Below are positions 38,110 through 49,202 of a DNA stretch of 64,000 nt, in pieces. The position numbers and the translations under genes were made by a program. The stretch's first letter is position 1; each line of letters begins with the position of its first letter. Under the pieces are notes generated by a model, which saw only the letters and a list, made by a program, of their open reading frames with translations, was not told the DNA's origin and searched no databases. This DNA comes from Methanoregula sp. (GTDB taxonomy: Archaea > Halobacteriota > Methanomicrobia > Methanomicrobiales > Methanospirillaceae): assembly GCF_041663825.1 (NCBI RefSeq), contig NZ_JBAYLY010000010.1:14697-78696 (forward strand), given 5' to 3'.

Positions 38110-38529
38110 ATGTGCGATACAAAACCGACAAAACTGGGATTTGTCGTTGCGGAATTCAACCGTGACATCACCTACATGATGGAGATCGAAGCAAGGGAAC
38201 ACGCTGCATTCCTCGGAGCAGAAGTGACCGAGTGCCTGTATGTGCCGGGCGCCTTTGACATGCCGCTTGCAATCAAGAAGATGCTTGCCGCCGGCAAGGT
38301 GGACGCGGTCGTCACTATCGGCTGCGTGATCGAGGGCGCAACCCAGCACGACGAGATTGTCGTGCAGCACGCGGCCCGGAAGATTATCGACCTCTCGCTG
38401 GAGTTCGGGAAGCCCGTAACGCTTGGCATCTCCGGGCCCGGCATGAGCCGTCTCGAAGCGAACGAGCGGATCGATTACGCGAAGCGCGCCGTTGAATCAG
38501 CCGTAAAACTTGTCAAACGATTACAATGA
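38110..38529 (+). CDS. ribH: 6,7-dimethyl-8-ribityllumazine synthase
   Basis: [24 protein letters not shown] and [16 protein letters not shown]. Confidence 0.9.
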   Translation: MCDTKPTKLGFVVAEFNRDITYMMEIEAREHAAFLGAEVTECLYVPGAFDMPLAIKKMLAAGKVDAVVTIGCVIEGATQHDEIVVQHAARKIIDLSLEFGKPVTLGISGPGMSRLEANERIDYAKRAVESAVKLVKRLQ

Positions 38530-39665
38530 GATCGCTTTCGGAGAAAGTTGCGGGGATCGCCCCCTCTGCGACCATCGAGATCTCCAACCGGGCAAAGAAG
38601 ATGCAGCGGGAGGGCATCGATGTCATCAGCCTCTCGATCGGCGAGCCTGACTTCGATACCCCGAAGCACATCAGGGACGCCTGCATCGATGCGCTGAACC
38701 GGGGCGAGACGCATTACGCGCCCAGCAACGGCATTCCCGAACTGCTCTCTGCGGTCAGCGAGAAGATTACAAACGAGAACAGGTTCCCCTGCAAGCCCGA
38801 ACAGGTGATCGTCACCTGCGGGGCCAAGGATGCAATTTATGAGGGTATGGAGGCCGTCTTAAATCCCGGCGACGAAGTCCTCCTTCTCACCCCGGCCTGG
38901 GTCTCGTACGAGCCCTGCGTCCAGATGGCGGGCGGGAAGATCGTCAAGCACGCGGTCAACCAGAAGACCTTCCAGCTCGACGACTCGATTCTCGAACGGG
39001 TCAACGCCCGCACGAAGATGATCGTGGTGAACTCTCCCTCGAACCCGTCCGGCGCGGTGTTCGATAAAAAGTCCATGAACCTTGTCGCAGATCTCTGCCA
39101 GGACTTCGATCTCTACGCGATGTCGGACGAGATCTACGAGAAGATGGTGTACGGGAAAGAGCATCTCTCGCTTGCCGCCATCGGCGACATGGCCGGGCGG
39201 ACGATCACCATCAATGGGTTCTCGAAGGCGTACGCGATGACCGGCTGGCGGCTCGGGTACGCGGTGGCTCCCACAGAGATCATCAAACAGATGTCCAAGG
39301 TGCAGCAGCACTCGGTTTCCCAGGCAACCACGTTTGCGATGTGGGGTGCGGTTGCGGCACTCAGGGGCGACCAGCGCTGTGTCGAGGAGATGCGGGCCGA
39401 GTTTGACCGGCGGCGCAAGTTCGTCATATCAGAACTCAACCTGATGGGCTACACGACTGCCCCGGCCGATGGCGCATTCTATGCGTTCGTGAAAGTGTCC
39501 GGAGACGATATGGAGATCGCGACAAAGTGGCTTGAACAGGGCCACGTGGCGGCAACCCCGGGCAGTGCATTCTATGCACCCGGGTGGATCCGGCTCTCGT
39601 ACGCGACATCGATGGAGAAACTCAGGGAAGCGCTCCAGCGGATCCGGAAAACCGGCGGGAACTGA
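38526..39665 (+). CDS. Class I/II (aspartate-type) aminotransferase
   Basis: NSPSNPSG and [16 protein letters not shown] (PLP Lys), with C-terminal RLSYA. Confidence 0.85.
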   Translation: MRSLSEKVAGIAPSATIEISNRAKKMQREGIDVISLSIGEPDFDTPKHIRDACIDALNRGETHYAPSNGIPELLSAVSEKITNENRFPCKPEQVIVTCGAKDAIYEGMEAVLNPGDEVLLLTPAWVSYEPCVQMAGGKIVKHAVNQKTFQLDDSILERVNARTKMIVVNSPSNPSGAVFDKKSMNLVADLCQDFDLYAMSDEIYEKMVYGKEHLSLAAIGDMAGRTITINGFSKAYAMTGWRLGYAVAPTEIIKQMSKVQQHSVSQATTFAMWGAVAALRGDQRCVEEMRAEFDRRRKFVISELNLMGYTTAPADGAFYAFVKVSGDDMEIATKWLEQGHVAATPGSAFYAPGWIRLSYATSMEKLREALQRIRKTGGN

Positions 39666-39806
39666 TCCTTACCTGTTGGTCTGCTGTATATTTTTTTCAA
39701 TGATAGTACCCTCAAATCCGGGTTTTCCGATAATATCCCCGGGATGGAAACCCCGGCGTCACCGGTTCAAATACCAGCAGCCCCTCTCCCGTTTACCCGT
39801 ATCAGA

Positions 39807-41549
39807 TCATTCTACCGTCACACTTTTTGCAAGATTTCTTGGTTTGTCAATGTCCCTCTCCAGTGCCACTGCGGTCCGGTATGCTAGAATCTGGAGCACC
39901 ACGAGACTCGTGAGTACCTGGACAAAGGGATGTGTCTTAGGCAAGGGGATAAACCGGTCGACAATATCGGGCAGTTCCGAGTCCCCTTCGCTCCCGAGCG
40001 CGATCACCGGCGCTCCCCGGGCCTTGATCTCCTTGATATTGGAGATCATCACCCCATACGTTTCCCCTGGCATGCAGATGGCAATAACCGGTGTTTCCGG
40101 TGAAAGGAGGGCAAAGGGCCCGTGTTTTAACTCCCCTGCCGCGTATCCTTCTGCATGGATATAGGAGATCTCCTTCATCTTGAGGGCACCTTCCAGTGCA
40201 ACGGGATAAAATGGCCCCCTCCCGATGTAAAAAATGCTCTGTGCACCTTTGCACTGCTCAACCGCTTCCGAGAGATCCATCAGGAGGACCTCTTCGATTG
40301 CCTGGTGCGCGTGCAGGAGAACCTCTTCGTACCTGCCCTCCGATTGGGCATCAATGATCTGCATGAGAACTGCCAGTTGGGCGACAAACGATTTGGTGGC
40401 GGCGACGCTGATCTCGGGTCCTGCACGCATAAAGAGTGTGGCATCGGCAACCCTGCTCGCAGAACTGCCGAGCACATTTGTTATGGCCAGGGTCCGGCAG
40501 TTATGTACCCGGGCCTGCCTGAGGGCGGTCAGCGTATCGGCAGTCTCTCCCGACTGGGTGATCCCGATCACGAGGCCGTTCATGGGCGGAGGAAAATACC
40601 TGAACTCCGAGGCAAAATCCACGCGTGCAGGTACCCCACAGGACTCTTCGAGCAGGTATTTGAAGATCAGTCCGGCATGGTACGATGAACCGCAGGCAAC
40701 AAGAGTTACTGACGGGAACTGACAGACAAATTTCGGGAGGGACCCTTTGTTGACTGCCCGTATAGTGTTGAAGAATGCCTGTGGTTGTTCGTAGATCTCC
40801 TTGAGCATGTAGTGGGGAAACCCGCCTTTCCTCGCGTCTTCCGGTGACCAGTCGATCAGTTCAACCTGGTGGTTCACCGGTTCTGTACCTTGGTAAATAT
40901 CCACACCGTTTCTGGTCAGGCAGGCAATATCCCCGTCTTCGAGAAATATGGCACGCTCCGTGTACTCCAATACGGGTGTCATATCCGATGCGGCAAAATA
41001 CTCCTTGTCGCCGATCCCGAGTACCAGCGGACTTCCGTTCCGTGCTGCGATCAGGTAGTCTGCCCCGTCCGCAATAACCAGGATGGCATACGAACCTGTA
41101 AGACGTGGGAGTGTACTTTTGACGGCAGACAGCAGATCCGCGGTTTTTCCAAATTCTTCCTCGATAAGGTGAACCACGACCTCCGTGTCGGTCTCTGACC
41201 GGAACACATGACCTTTTGCGGTCAGTTCTTTTTTTAGTTCCGCATAATTTTCGATGATCCCGTTGTGGACTATCGCGATCCGATTGTTGCAGTCCATATG
41301 TGGATGGGCATTTACATCGTTTGGAATACCATGCGTTGCCCAGCGGGTGTGACCGATACCAATGGTGCCATGCAACCTGATCCCCCCCGTGTATTCGGAG
41401 ATCCGGCCTTTGTGCTTGTCAATTTCAATGTGGCTTTGAAGCGTTGCAATCCCAAACGAGTCGTACCCCCGGTATTCGAGTTTTTTTAAGCCGTCGAGGA
41501 TCAGGGGTGCCGCCTGCCGCCTGCCAATGTAACCGACAATTCCGCACAC
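39807..41549 (-). CDS. glmS: Glutamine--fructose-6-phosphate aminotransferase
   Basis: MCGIVGY N-terminal nucleophile, two SIS domains and a C-terminal ...KPRNLAKSVTVE. Confidence 0.95.
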   Translation of the reverse strand: MCGIVGYIGRRQAAPLILDGLKKLEYRGYDSFGIATLQSHIEIDKHKGRISEYTGGIRLHGTIGIGHTRWATHGIPNDVNAHPHMDCNNRIAIVHNGIIENYAELKKELTAKGHVFRSETDTEVVVHLIEEEFGKTADLLSAVKSTLPRLTGSYAILVIADGADYLIAARNGSPLVLGIGDKEYFAASDMTPVLEYTERAIFLEDGDIACLTRNGVDIYQGTEPVNHQVELIDWSPEDARKGGFPHYMLKEIYEQPQAFFNTIRAVNKGSLPKFVCQFPSVTLVACGSSYHAGLIFKYLLEESCGVPARVDFASEFRYFPPPMNGLVIGITQSGETADTLTALRQARVHNCRTLAITNVLGSSASRVADATLFMRAGPEISVAATKSFVAQLAVLMQIIDAQSEGRYEEVLLHAHQAIEEVLLMDLSEAVEQCKGAQSIFYIGRGPFYPVALEGALKMKEISYIHAEGYAAGELKHGPFALLSPETPVIAICMPGETYGVMISNIKEIKARGAPVIALGSEGDSELPDIVDRFIPLPKTHPFVQVLTSLVVLQILAYRTAVALERDIDKPRNLAKSVTVE

Positions 41550-41550
41550 G

Positions 41551-42705
41551 TCATATCACCAGGGAACTGTCGGGGATGATCCGGGAACACACATCCCGGT
41601 TTCCTTCCAGCGTGACATTGTTCCCGACGATGCAGTTTTTGAACCGGGCAAATGAACCGCTTTTTACATGATCCCCTATAATAGCCCCGAACTCCGAGCG
41701 GGTTGGGATCCCCTCGATCTCCAGGATGCCCCCAACCGTCTCTGTTGAGGTATGATCGGCGAGCGTGCAACGCTCACCAATAACAGAGTCCACGATGCGG
41801 GAATGCGAGGAGATGGTCGTGTCATCCATAACGATCGCGTTCCCAATCAGGCTCAGTGGTTCGATCGTGACCCGGGAACCGATACTGGTGTCGGGCTGGA
41901 TACAGCAGTTCGGCCCGATCGTGCAGTCATTTCCGATGATGACCGGGCCTGAGATAACCGTATTCGGCCCGATTGTCGTACCCTTCCCGATATAGACCGG
42001 CCCGTGGATCGTGGCATGACTGCTGGATGTACCTTCCCGCATCGCAGGGAGATGTTTGAGGAGGCGCAGGTTCAGTTTGAGCAGATCCCATGGGTAGATT
42101 GCATCCTGCCAGTCATCAGCGGTGACGGCGTTGATGTCAGTACCGGCTTCTATCATGCAGGAAATGGCGTCTGTGATATCATTGCCCCGGACATACCGGA
42201 AAAAATCTTTGTTTAATGAATAGATCCCGGTACTTACCAGGAAACTGGGTGCATGGTCAGGCTTTTCCACGATACTGTCAACCCGCCCGTCCCGGAGTGT
42301 GACCACGCCAAAATTAGAGGGACTGGGATGCTCTTTGATGAGAACTGCATTTTTGATGTCCTTGATCTTTGCAATAGACAGTGCGTCAATGTAATTGTCT
42401 CCGGGCAGGAGCAGGAAATCACCCTTGATACGGGACTCCGCCTGCTGGAGTGCATGTGCTGTCCCGAGTTGCTTTTCCTGAACGACTACTTCAATGGGCA
42501 GATCGAGCTGGTTTAAGAACCTTGTCACCTGTTCCTTACGGTATCCTACAACGACTATAATGTCGCGGATGCCATTTTTTACGAGTGCATCGATCGTATA
42601 CGCGATGATGGGACGGTTTGCCACCGATATCATCGCTTTTGGCCGGCTCCACGTGAGCGGGCGGACCCGTTTTCCCTCTCCTGCTGCCAGAATGACTGCC
42701 TGCAT
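41551..42705 (-). CDS. glmU: Sugar-1-phosphate nucleotidylyltransferase/acetyltransferase (archaeal GlmU-like)
   Basis: AVILAAGEGKRVRPLT followed by left-handed beta-helix hexapeptide repeats. Lies between glmS and glmM. Confidence 0.78.
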   Translation of the reverse strand: MQAVILAAGEGKRVRPLTWSRPKAMISVANRPIIAYTIDALVKNGIRDIIVVVGYRKEQVTRFLNQLDLPIEVVVQEKQLGTAHALQQAESRIKGDFLLLPGDNYIDALSIAKIKDIKNAVLIKEHPSPSNFGVVTLRDGRVDSIVEKPDHAPSFLVSTGIYSLNKDFFRYVRGNDITDAISCMIEAGTDINAVTADDWQDAIYPWDLLKLNLRLLKHLPAMREGTSSSHATIHGPVYIGKGTTIGPNTVISGPVIIGNDCTIGPNCCIQPDTSIGSRVTIEPLSLIGNAIVMDDTTISSHSRIVDSVIGERCTLADHTSTETVGGILEIEGIPTRSEFGAIIGDHVKSGSFARFKNCIVGNNVTLEGNRDVCSRIIPDSSLVI

Positions 42706-42717
42706 AATTTTTCTCTC

Positions 42718-43917
42718 CTACTGGATCGTTGAGTTCTCTCCAAAATTCCCTTTGATGTATGAACCGGGCGCGAAAGCCGCATTACTACCGATCACCGAAC
42801 CGACGTTGACCGAACAGTTGATTCCAAACCTCACGTTGTCCCCGATAACGGCGCCAAACTTGGTGTGTCGGGTATCCTTTTCGCCTACCCTGACCGGGGC
42901 ATGATCGTGCCTGAGGTTTGCAATCTTTGTACCGGCACCGAAGTTGCACCCGCTCCCGATGACTGAATCCCCGATATAGTTGAAATGGGGGATCTTTGTC
43001 CCTGCCATTACGATGGAATTTTTAAGTTCCGTACAGTGCCCGATGTGGCAGTCGTCCCCAATGCTGGTGGCTCCCCGGATGTACGCGTGGGGGCCGATAC
43101 GGCAGTTGTTCCCGATAATACAGGGGCCCTCGATGTATGTTCCCGATTTTACCACGGTGCCTTTTCCAATGACCACCGGACCGGAAAGGTGCACCCCTTC
43201 TTCCACGGTTCCGTAATTTTCTGAAGCGAGTGCAGTAAGAAGTGTAGCGTTTGCATCAAGCAGATCCCAGGGATAGCCGACATCCATCCATGTCGAAAGA
43301 GGAACGGCCCGGAGCCGGCGTTCTCCAATTAAGAGATTAAGGGCGTCGGTTAGTTCGAGTTCACCGCGTGAGGAGAGTCCGACCCGTGTCAGCAGGTCAA
43401 AAATCTCCGGGGTAAAAAGGTATGCACCGGCGTTTATGATGTTGGATCTGGGCTGCTTTGACTTCTCTTCAAGAGCCGTGACCAGATCGTTCTCTACGAG
43501 AACAACCCCGAAATCACCGGGATGATCGGTTGTGCTCGTGCCCATACAGGGTGCCGGTGTCCGGATCATGCATGCGATATCGGCACTCGTGAGGATCATA
43601 TCCCCGTTCATGGCAAGGAATGGCCCGGTAATGAGATCCTGTGCGGAACGGAGCGCGTCGGCAGTCCCCATCTGCTGGCGCTGCGGGGCATACGAGATAT
43701 GAATCCCGAAGCATGACCCATCCCCAAAGTGACCCCGGACTTCACGCTCCCCGTACCCGACCACAAATACAAATTCCGTTATACCGGCATCACGGGCTGC
43801 GAGAACGAGATGCTCCATCATCGGGTGGTTTGCCACCGGGAGCATCACTTTCGGGCGCCTGGCGGTGAGAGGACGCATGCGTTTTCCTTCACCGGCCGCC
43901 AGAACAACGCATTCCAT
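42718..43917 (-). CDS. Second sugar-1-phosphate nucleotidylyltransferase/acetyltransferase paralog
   Basis: MECVVLAAGEGKRMRPLT (ATG 43917) plus hexapeptide repeats. Confidence 0.78.
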   Translation of the reverse strand: MECVVLAAGEGKRMRPLTARRPKVMLPVANHPMMEHLVLAARDAGITEFVFVVGYGEREVRGHFGDGSCFGIHISYAPQRQQMGTADALRSAQDLITGPFLAMNGDMILTSADIACMIRTPAPCMGTSTTDHPGDFGVVLVENDLVTALEEKSKQPRSNIINAGAYLFTPEIFDLLTRVGLSSRGELELTDALNLLIGERRLRAVPLSTWMDVGYPWDLLDANATLLTALASENYGTVEEGVHLSGPVVIGKGTVVKSGTYIEGPCIIGNNCRIGPHAYIRGATSIGDDCHIGHCTELKNSIVMAGTKIPHFNYIGDSVIGSGCNFGAGTKIANLRHDHAPVRVGEKDTRHTKFGAVIGDNVRFGINCSVNVGSVIGSNAAFAPGSYIKGNFGENSTIQ

Positions 43918-43940
43918 AGGTACAACTCCTCCTGCAATAT

Positions 43941-45191
43941 TTAAGCAGTTTTCCCCTGCCGGATGAGGATTTTTGCCTCTTCCAGCATCTCCTTTGCCCA
44001 CGGGAGCGTGGTGCCTTCAGCGGTAATCCGGATCTTGGGCTCGGTGCCACTCGCCCGTACAAGATACCACCCGTTTTCCCGTGCAACACGGATGCCATCT
44101 GTCGGGTTTGCTGCGCCAAGACCGGTGACTATCTCGCGTGCCCTCTCGTTCTGGATCGATTCCCTGAGGATCGGGTATGCCGGCATGGCATCCAGACGCT
44201 CCGCGACATCGCAGCCTGACGCGATTTCGCAGAAGAGGGCTGCTGCAAAGGGACCATCCGGACAGTACGAGTGGTGCGGGAATATCCAGGCACCGCTTGG
44301 CTCACCCCCGAAATCTCCCCACGAAAGCAGTTCTTCTGAGACAAATGCATCCCCAACAGGGGTGCGGTGAACCTCTGCAACATCCTCGATGATCATAGAG
44401 GCGTCGCTCGTTGTCACTACTTTTTTTGCTCCGAGGTGCTCGGCAAAGAGCATGAGCAGGTGATCACCGTCGATATACCGGCCCCTGTTGTCAAATGCCA
44501 TCATACGGTCGGCATCGCCATCGTGGACTACCGCACAGCCTGCCCCCGTCTTTTTTACCATTTCTCCCACGTAATCCAGATATTCTTTGAGTGGTTCCGA
44601 GGGTCGGGAGAAATGCCCGGCCGGGTTACATGAGAGACAGACCGGTTTTACCCCGGCATCGGTTAAAAGACCGGGTGTCAGCACGGAACCGGCACCATTC
44701 CCGCAATCGATGACAACCGAAAGACCGGGATCGATGGAGACTGCATCCAGGATCGCTTTTTTATGGGGGGTGAGCGCATCGAAAGCACATTCTTCGCCCT
44801 GGTGGCGCCAGTCTGCCCAGTGCGGTTCTTTCAAGGATTCCTCGACCTCTTTCTGCTGGGCCTGCGTGAACGAGGAGCCCTCCGGGTTAAACAGTTTGAT
44901 CCCGTTGTACTCCTCGGGATTGTGGGAAGCGGTGATCATACACCCGGCTTTAGCAGTGCGGGCACTGTATGCGACAGACGGTGTGGGAGCAATCCCGGTG
45001 AACCGTGCGTGTCCCCCTGCTCCCAGTATGCCGGCAAGTATGGTCCGGGCAAGCACCGGGCTTGTGGTTCGCGTGTCTGTCCCCACAATGCAATCGGGGA
45101 ATCGTTCCCCCATGACTGCACCGACCGCAAGTGCGGTCTCCACCAGCGACCGGTCAAAACGCTGACGGATGCCCGATGATCCAAAAAGCAT
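43941..45191 (-). CDS. glmM: Phosphoglucosamine mutase / phosphohexomutase
   Basis: LFGSSGIRQ, active-site TASHNPEEYNGIK and DGDADR. Confidence 0.85.
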   Translation of the reverse strand: MLFGSSGIRQRFDRSLVETALAVGAVMGERFPDCIVGTDTRTTSPVLARTILAGILGAGGHARFTGIAPTPSVAYSARTAKAGCMITASHNPEEYNGIKLFNPEGSSFTQAQQKEVEESLKEPHWADWRHQGEECAFDALTPHKKAILDAVSIDPGLSVVIDCGNGAGSVLTPGLLTDAGVKPVCLSCNPAGHFSRPSEPLKEYLDYVGEMVKKTGAGCAVVHDGDADRMMAFDNRGRYIDGDHLLMLFAEHLGAKKVVTTSDASMIIEDVAEVHRTPVGDAFVSEELLSWGDFGGEPSGAWIFPHHSYCPDGPFAAALFCEIASGCDVAERLDAMPAYPILRESIQNERAREIVTGLGAANPTDGIRVARENGWYLVRASGTEPKIRITAEGTTLPWAKEMLEEAKILIRQGKTA

Positions 45192-45234
45192 GCATCATGG
45201 TGGGTGTTTTGTATAAAAAGAGTTTTAGCAGTTT

Positions 45235-45873
45235 TCACTGTGATGGAGCCGGGCAGATGTCCGGCGTTTGCTTCCCGTACGGGCACCAGTGTTCCCCCTG
45301 CTGGAGCCGGCAGACCCCCGCAGTGGATGGCCCAAGGAATATGATCTGTTTTTTCTCACGCAATTTGGCCACCAGATCCCCGGTCCCCGGTGCGATAATC
45401 CCTTCGTTGTTAATAAGGATGATATCCGCTTCATCAATATTCGTGGTCACGGTCAGGCCACGTGCCCGCTCCAGTGCCGGTATCTTTCCGACACAGAATA
45501 CATGGTGCCCTTTGAGTTTTTCTGTCAGTTCACCCAGACAGGCTGCGTGCGATGCCACCGGGCAGGCATGCATTACCCGGGAGAGGCAGAAGAATCCTGT
45601 CGCAACGTTGATGATGGCGCATGCGGCACTGCGGACATTCGGGGTTTCCAGGGGTATCCCGAACATGAAGGAGATCTTTGTCATTGCCCGGATCGGATCG
45701 TCCGTAACAAACTCCGCATTTCTCCCTCCGAACGAAGCGACCATGCAGGCACCCCGTTCGTACTGGCAGGTTTTTGCATCGGGATCGACGTCGATATGGA
45801 CTCCCGTGTCCTCGCAGCCGCAGTGTTCGAGATGTTCCTGAAGCCGGTTAACTGAATCCGTGACAATATCCAT
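45235..45873 (-). CDS. Conserved-looking Cys-rich hypothetical protein (possibly DUF364-like Rossmann C-terminal half)
   Basis: 212 aa with host-like composition. ADIILINNEGIIAPGTGD...IIFLGPS is reminiscent of DUF364. Family assignment is uncertain. Confidence 0.5.
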   Translation of the reverse strand: MDIVTDSVNRLQEHLEHCGCEDTGVHIDVDPDAKTCQYERGACMVASFGGRNAEFVTDDPIRAMTKISFMFGIPLETPNVRSAACAIINVATGFFCLSRVMHACPVASHAACLGELTEKLKGHHVFCVGKIPALERARGLTVTTNIDEADIILINNEGIIAPGTGDLVAKLREKKQIIFLGPSTAGVCRLQQGEHWCPYGKQTPDICPAPSQ

Positions 45874-46487
45874 TATTGCACTCCGTCTTTTTGCATGAGC
45901 ACGACCCGGGCAGGTGCACCGTCGAGTCCGGAAAGCCGGAGGGGAAGTGCTGCCAACTCGTACTCTCCCTCATCTGCCGGGGAAAGGTCGAGGAGTTCAA
46001 TAACCAGGCAGCCCCCGCCAAGCAGCGTGCGATGGACCGACCCGTCGCAGACTGACGCCTCGATCGAGAACGAGTCGATTCCGACAGAGAGCATGCCGTT
46101 TTTGATCAGCAGGTCCGCTGCATCTTTGGTAAGATGGGGGTAGTCCTCCCGGAATTGTGTCTCATGGGAAAAGGCTGTCTTTAAGAGGATCCTTTTCGCT
46201 CCCCCGAGCCTGCCTTCGAGTGCCGCTGCCGTGATAGCGTTCCCGGCGTCGGTCACATCAATTACCCGGCAGGGCCCGATAATGTGATCGAGCGGGACGG
46301 TGTCTATCGTATCTCCGGTTTTTAAGTAATGGACCGGGGCATCGATGTGGGTGCCCGAATGGCTGCTCATGCGTATCTCGCTTATCAGGTACAGCCCTGC
46401 GTCCCGCTGGGAAAACTGCGAAGGGGCATCCCCGGGGTAGGCTGCGGTCGTATTGGAAAGCGGGCGCGTAATGTCGATAATTTTCAT
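45873..46487 (-). CDS. Cyclase-family protein (arylformamidase/kynurenine formamidase-like)
   Basis: MKIIDITRPL and SSHSGTHIDAPVHY motifs. Confidence 0.8.
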   Translation of the reverse strand: MKIIDITRPLSNTTAAYPGDAPSQFSQRDAGLYLISEIRMSSHSGTHIDAPVHYLKTGDTIDTVPLDHIIGPCRVIDVTDAGNAITAAALEGRLGGAKRILLKTAFSHETQFREDYPHLTKDAADLLIKNGMLSVGIDSFSIEASVCDGSVHRTLLGGGCLVIELLDLSPADEGEYELAALPLRLSGLDGAPARVVLMQKDGVQ

Positions 46488-46490
46488 GAT

Positions 46491-47147
46491 TTAGTTCTCC
46501 TCCCAGCCGTGTTCCCCGATGAGCGGAACAAACCGGACGCCACCGTGTCGTTCCTCTGTGAACCGGTCCCCGTGCCGTTCGAGCACGACCAGTTCCTGAA
46601 GGATGCGGTCCCCGACCGGGGCGACCAACCGTCCTCCCTCTGCGATCTGGGTTTTGAGCGGGCCGGGTATTTCAGGTGTTGCGGCTGTTATGATAATCCC
46701 GTTGTACGGGGCTGCGGGAGGATACCCGAGTGTTCCGTCCCCGAGAACAATTGTCACGTTGTCGGCATGAACTGCCTCAAGGTTGGCTTTCGCACGTGCT
46801 GCAACCTCTTTGATACGTTCGATCGTAATCACCTTTCGTACGAGTGCCGAGAGGATCGCTGCCTGGTACCCGCTCCCCGCCCCGATCTCAAGGACCGTGT
46901 CCGTGGCTTTGGGGTGGAGCAGTCCGGTCATGAGCGCAACGATATACGGTTGCGATATGGTCTGGTTGTTCCCAATCGGGAGCGGTGTATCCGCGTACGC
47001 GTCCTGGTCGCAGGGTGACGGGATAAAAAGGTGACGGGGCACGTCCCGCATTGCGGCAAGGACACGGGGGTCGGTGATCCCCCGGGCCTCGATCTGCTGT
47101 TCTACCATCCTCCGGCGCTCGTCCGATCGCGGGTACTGGGGAGTCAT
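46491..47147 (-). CDS. pcm: Protein-L-isoaspartate O-methyltransferase
   Basis: VPRHLFIP, TISQPYIVALM and VLEIGAGSGYQAAIL. ATG 47147 gives 218 aa. Confidence 0.9.
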   Translation of the reverse strand: MTPQYPRSDERRRMVEQQIEARGITDPRVLAAMRDVPRHLFIPSPCDQDAYADTPLPIGNNQTISQPYIVALMTGLLHPKATDTVLEIGAGSGYQAAILSALVRKVITIERIKEVAARAKANLEAVHADNVTIVLGDGTLGYPPAAPYNGIIITAATPEIPGPLKTQIAEGGRLVAPVGDRILQELVVLERHGDRFTEERHGGVRFVPLIGEHGWEEN

Positions 47148-47163
47148 AACAGATTCTTTTAAT

Positions 47164-48279
47164 CTAAAACCCGGCCTTTTCTGCCACATCGATGGTGGCA
47201 TCGATCTGTTTCTGGAGCGCTTCAGGAAGACCGGTGATCTTAATGTCAAGGAACCCCCGGATGATCGTCGCCGTCGCCTCGTCCTCCGAGAGTCCCCGGG
47301 CCATCAGGTACTCGATCTCGTCCTGCGCGAGTTTCCCGACCGCTGCTTCGTGCGAGAGTTCGGTCCCGACAACTCTCCCGTCGATCTCCGGGATTGCATA
47401 GATTGTCCCGTCCCTGAGGATCAGGCCCTTGCATTCGAGATGGCCCCGGGTGCCGGCAGTCTTCCCGATGATCTGGCCCCGGGAGATGATGGTCCCTCCC
47501 TTGGTGATCGCCCGGGTCAGGAGCTCTGCGCTTGCGCCCTTCCCTTCAAGGATCGCCCGCGACCCCACATCGATATACGATGTAGGGGAAGCAATGGTGA
47601 TCGTGGAGAACCGGGCAACGGAATTCTCGCCTTTTAAGGTGGCGGTCGGGTACATCTGGACCTTTTTCACCGGCTGCATGCAGACATAGTTCGAGAGAAA
47701 AACCCCGTTCTCTTCGACAATGGATGCACTCCGGGGGAAGACCTCGACGTTCTCGTTCCAGGTGTGGATCATGGTAAAACTGATCTTCGCATCCTTTTTA
47801 ATGTAAAACTCGGAGACCCCGTAGTGCTTTGCCCCTTCCCCGACATGCCCGCTGCTTGCACAGCCCGAGATCATGTGGAGCTCTGCACCCTCTTCGGCGA
47901 TGATAATGTTATGCACGTGCTGGATGGTCTCGCGGCCGAGGTACAGGCAGGCCTGGATCGGGAGGATGTTCTTTGACCCTTTGTGGGCGATGATCACGTA
48001 GCCCTTCGGGTCGGGCTGTTCCGCAACGTATTTTGTGATCTCGTCCTTGTCCTGTGCAACCGCCTTCCAGAGGTAATCCCTGAGCCAGGCGTGCTTTTCC
48101 ATTGCTTTTTTAAACGAGAGGACCTCGATACCCTCCTCGCGGCACTCGGACTCTACCACATTCTGGTCCACCTGAAGGTAGCTGCCGCACCGGTTCTCAA
48201 GGTTGAAATCGATACCTGACTGGACGATCCGTTCCTGGTCGTCCTTTGCAATTCCCGGTGTGTTCAGTTGCGACGACAT
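47164..48279 (-). CDS. Fe-S cluster assembly protein, SufB/SufD family
   Basis: The C-terminal half has the SufBD beta-helix pattern, LSHEAAVGKL..DEIEYLMARGLSEDEA. The start overlaps the sufC stop region. Confidence 0.85.
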   Translation of the reverse strand: MSSQLNTPGIAKDDQERIVQSGIDFNLENRCGSYLQVDQNVVESECREEGIEVLSFKKAMEKHAWLRDYLWKAVAQDKDEITKYVAEQPDPKGYVIIAHKGSKNILPIQACLYLGRETIQHVHNIIIAEEGAELHMISGCASSGHVGEGAKHYGVSEFYIKKDAKISFTMIHTWNENVEVFPRSASIVEENGVFLSNYVCMQPVKKVQMYPTATLKGENSVARFSTITIASPTSYIDVGSRAILEGKGASAELLTRAITKGGTIISRGQIIGKTAGTRGHLECKGLILRDGTIYAIPEIDGRVVGTELSHEAAVGKLAQDEIEYLMARGLSEDEATATIIRGFLDIKITGLPEALQKQIDATIDVAEKAGF

Positions 48280-49031
48280 TCCCGACACTCCGTGTATCCT
48301 CTCTGTTTGATGTCCTTTAAGATCTCCCTTGGGTTCCCGTGGCAGGAGATCATGCCGTCGCACATCACATGCCCCTTGTCTGCGTCAATATAATCGAGAA
48401 TAAATCCCGTGTGGGTGATCACAAGGCCGCTTTTTTCCCGTTTTGCCATGCGCTTGTCTTTTTCGAGCAGGTCGCCGATGGCCTTTCCTATGAGCGATAT
48501 ATTTTCGAGGTCGACCCCGCTCTCGGGTTCATCAAGCATGACAAAACCCGGGTTCTGGATCATCAGCTGGAGCACCTCGCTCCTCTTGATCTCCCCACCG
48601 GAAAACCCCTTGTTGATGTCCCGTTCAAGGAACCCGCCCATGTGCACCGATGCAGCAAGCCCCGGGATGTCCACGATCTTGTCGTGCGAGATGGCCGTGA
48701 GGAGCTTTCCCAGTTTGAGCCCCGATATCGTGGGCGGACGCTGGAAGAGCATCCCGATCCCGCGCTTTGACCGTTCGTCGGCGTGCATCGCGGTCACGTC
48801 CTCTCCGTTGAAGGTGATCGTTCCTTTCGTTATTTTATAGCCGGAAAATCCCATCAGCGTCATTAAAAGCGTGGTCTTCCCGGAGCCGTTCGGGCCCATG
48901 AGCACATGGGTCTCCCCGGCATCGATGTGGAGGTTGATGCCATGCAGCACCTCTTTGTCACCGACATTCACATGCAGATCCTTGATGTCCAGCATACGTG
49001 TAACCGGATGAGTGTATGTCGATGTCTGCAT
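48264..49031 (-). CDS. sufC: Fe-S cluster assembly ATPase SufC
   Basis: GPNGSGKTT, FSGGEIKRSEVLQL and MLDEPESGVD. The true start may be ATG 48995 (MLDIKDLHV). Confidence 0.92.
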   Translation of the reverse strand: MQTSTYTHPVTRMLDIKDLHVNVGDKEVLHGINLHIDAGETHVLMGPNGSGKTTLLMTLMGFSGYKITKGTITFNGEDVTAMHADERSKRGIGMLFQRPPTISGLKLGKLLTAISHDKIVDIPGLAASVHMGGFLERDINKGFSGGEIKRSEVLQLMIQNPGFVMLDEPESGVDLENISLIGKAIGDLLEKDKRMAKREKSGLVITHTGFILDYIDADKGHVMCDGMISCHGNPREILKDIKQRGYTECRECRRN

Positions 49032-49089
49032 TAAACGCTTTTAATGTGCTAAGGAGAGGGGCGTGCCAGCCGGAAATGAGGCAGGCCCG

Positions 49090-49114
49090 ACCGATCCCTG
49101 AGATCGATCGGTCA
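49090..49114. repeat. Solo 25-bp hairpin module GACCGATCCCTGAGATCGATCGGTC (left bracket of the Fic cassette)
   Basis: Identical except for one base to 50867-50891. GACCGATC and GATCGGTC are reverse complements. Confidence 0.7.
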
Positions 49115-49202
49115 GATCCCGCAGGAGGGGATAGCCGGGTTCCCGGATCTCTGCAAGGGTGTATTCTCCGGGATAGGATTCGGTGATACGGGCTTGCGGG
49201 GC

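Noticed and set aside
39764-39775. GGTTCAAATACC resembling a tRNA T-loop in the aspartate aminotransferase (38526-39665) / glmS (39807-41549) intergenic region
   Set aside because: Flanking bases do not form a T-stem or acceptor stem, so no cloverleaf can be drawn.
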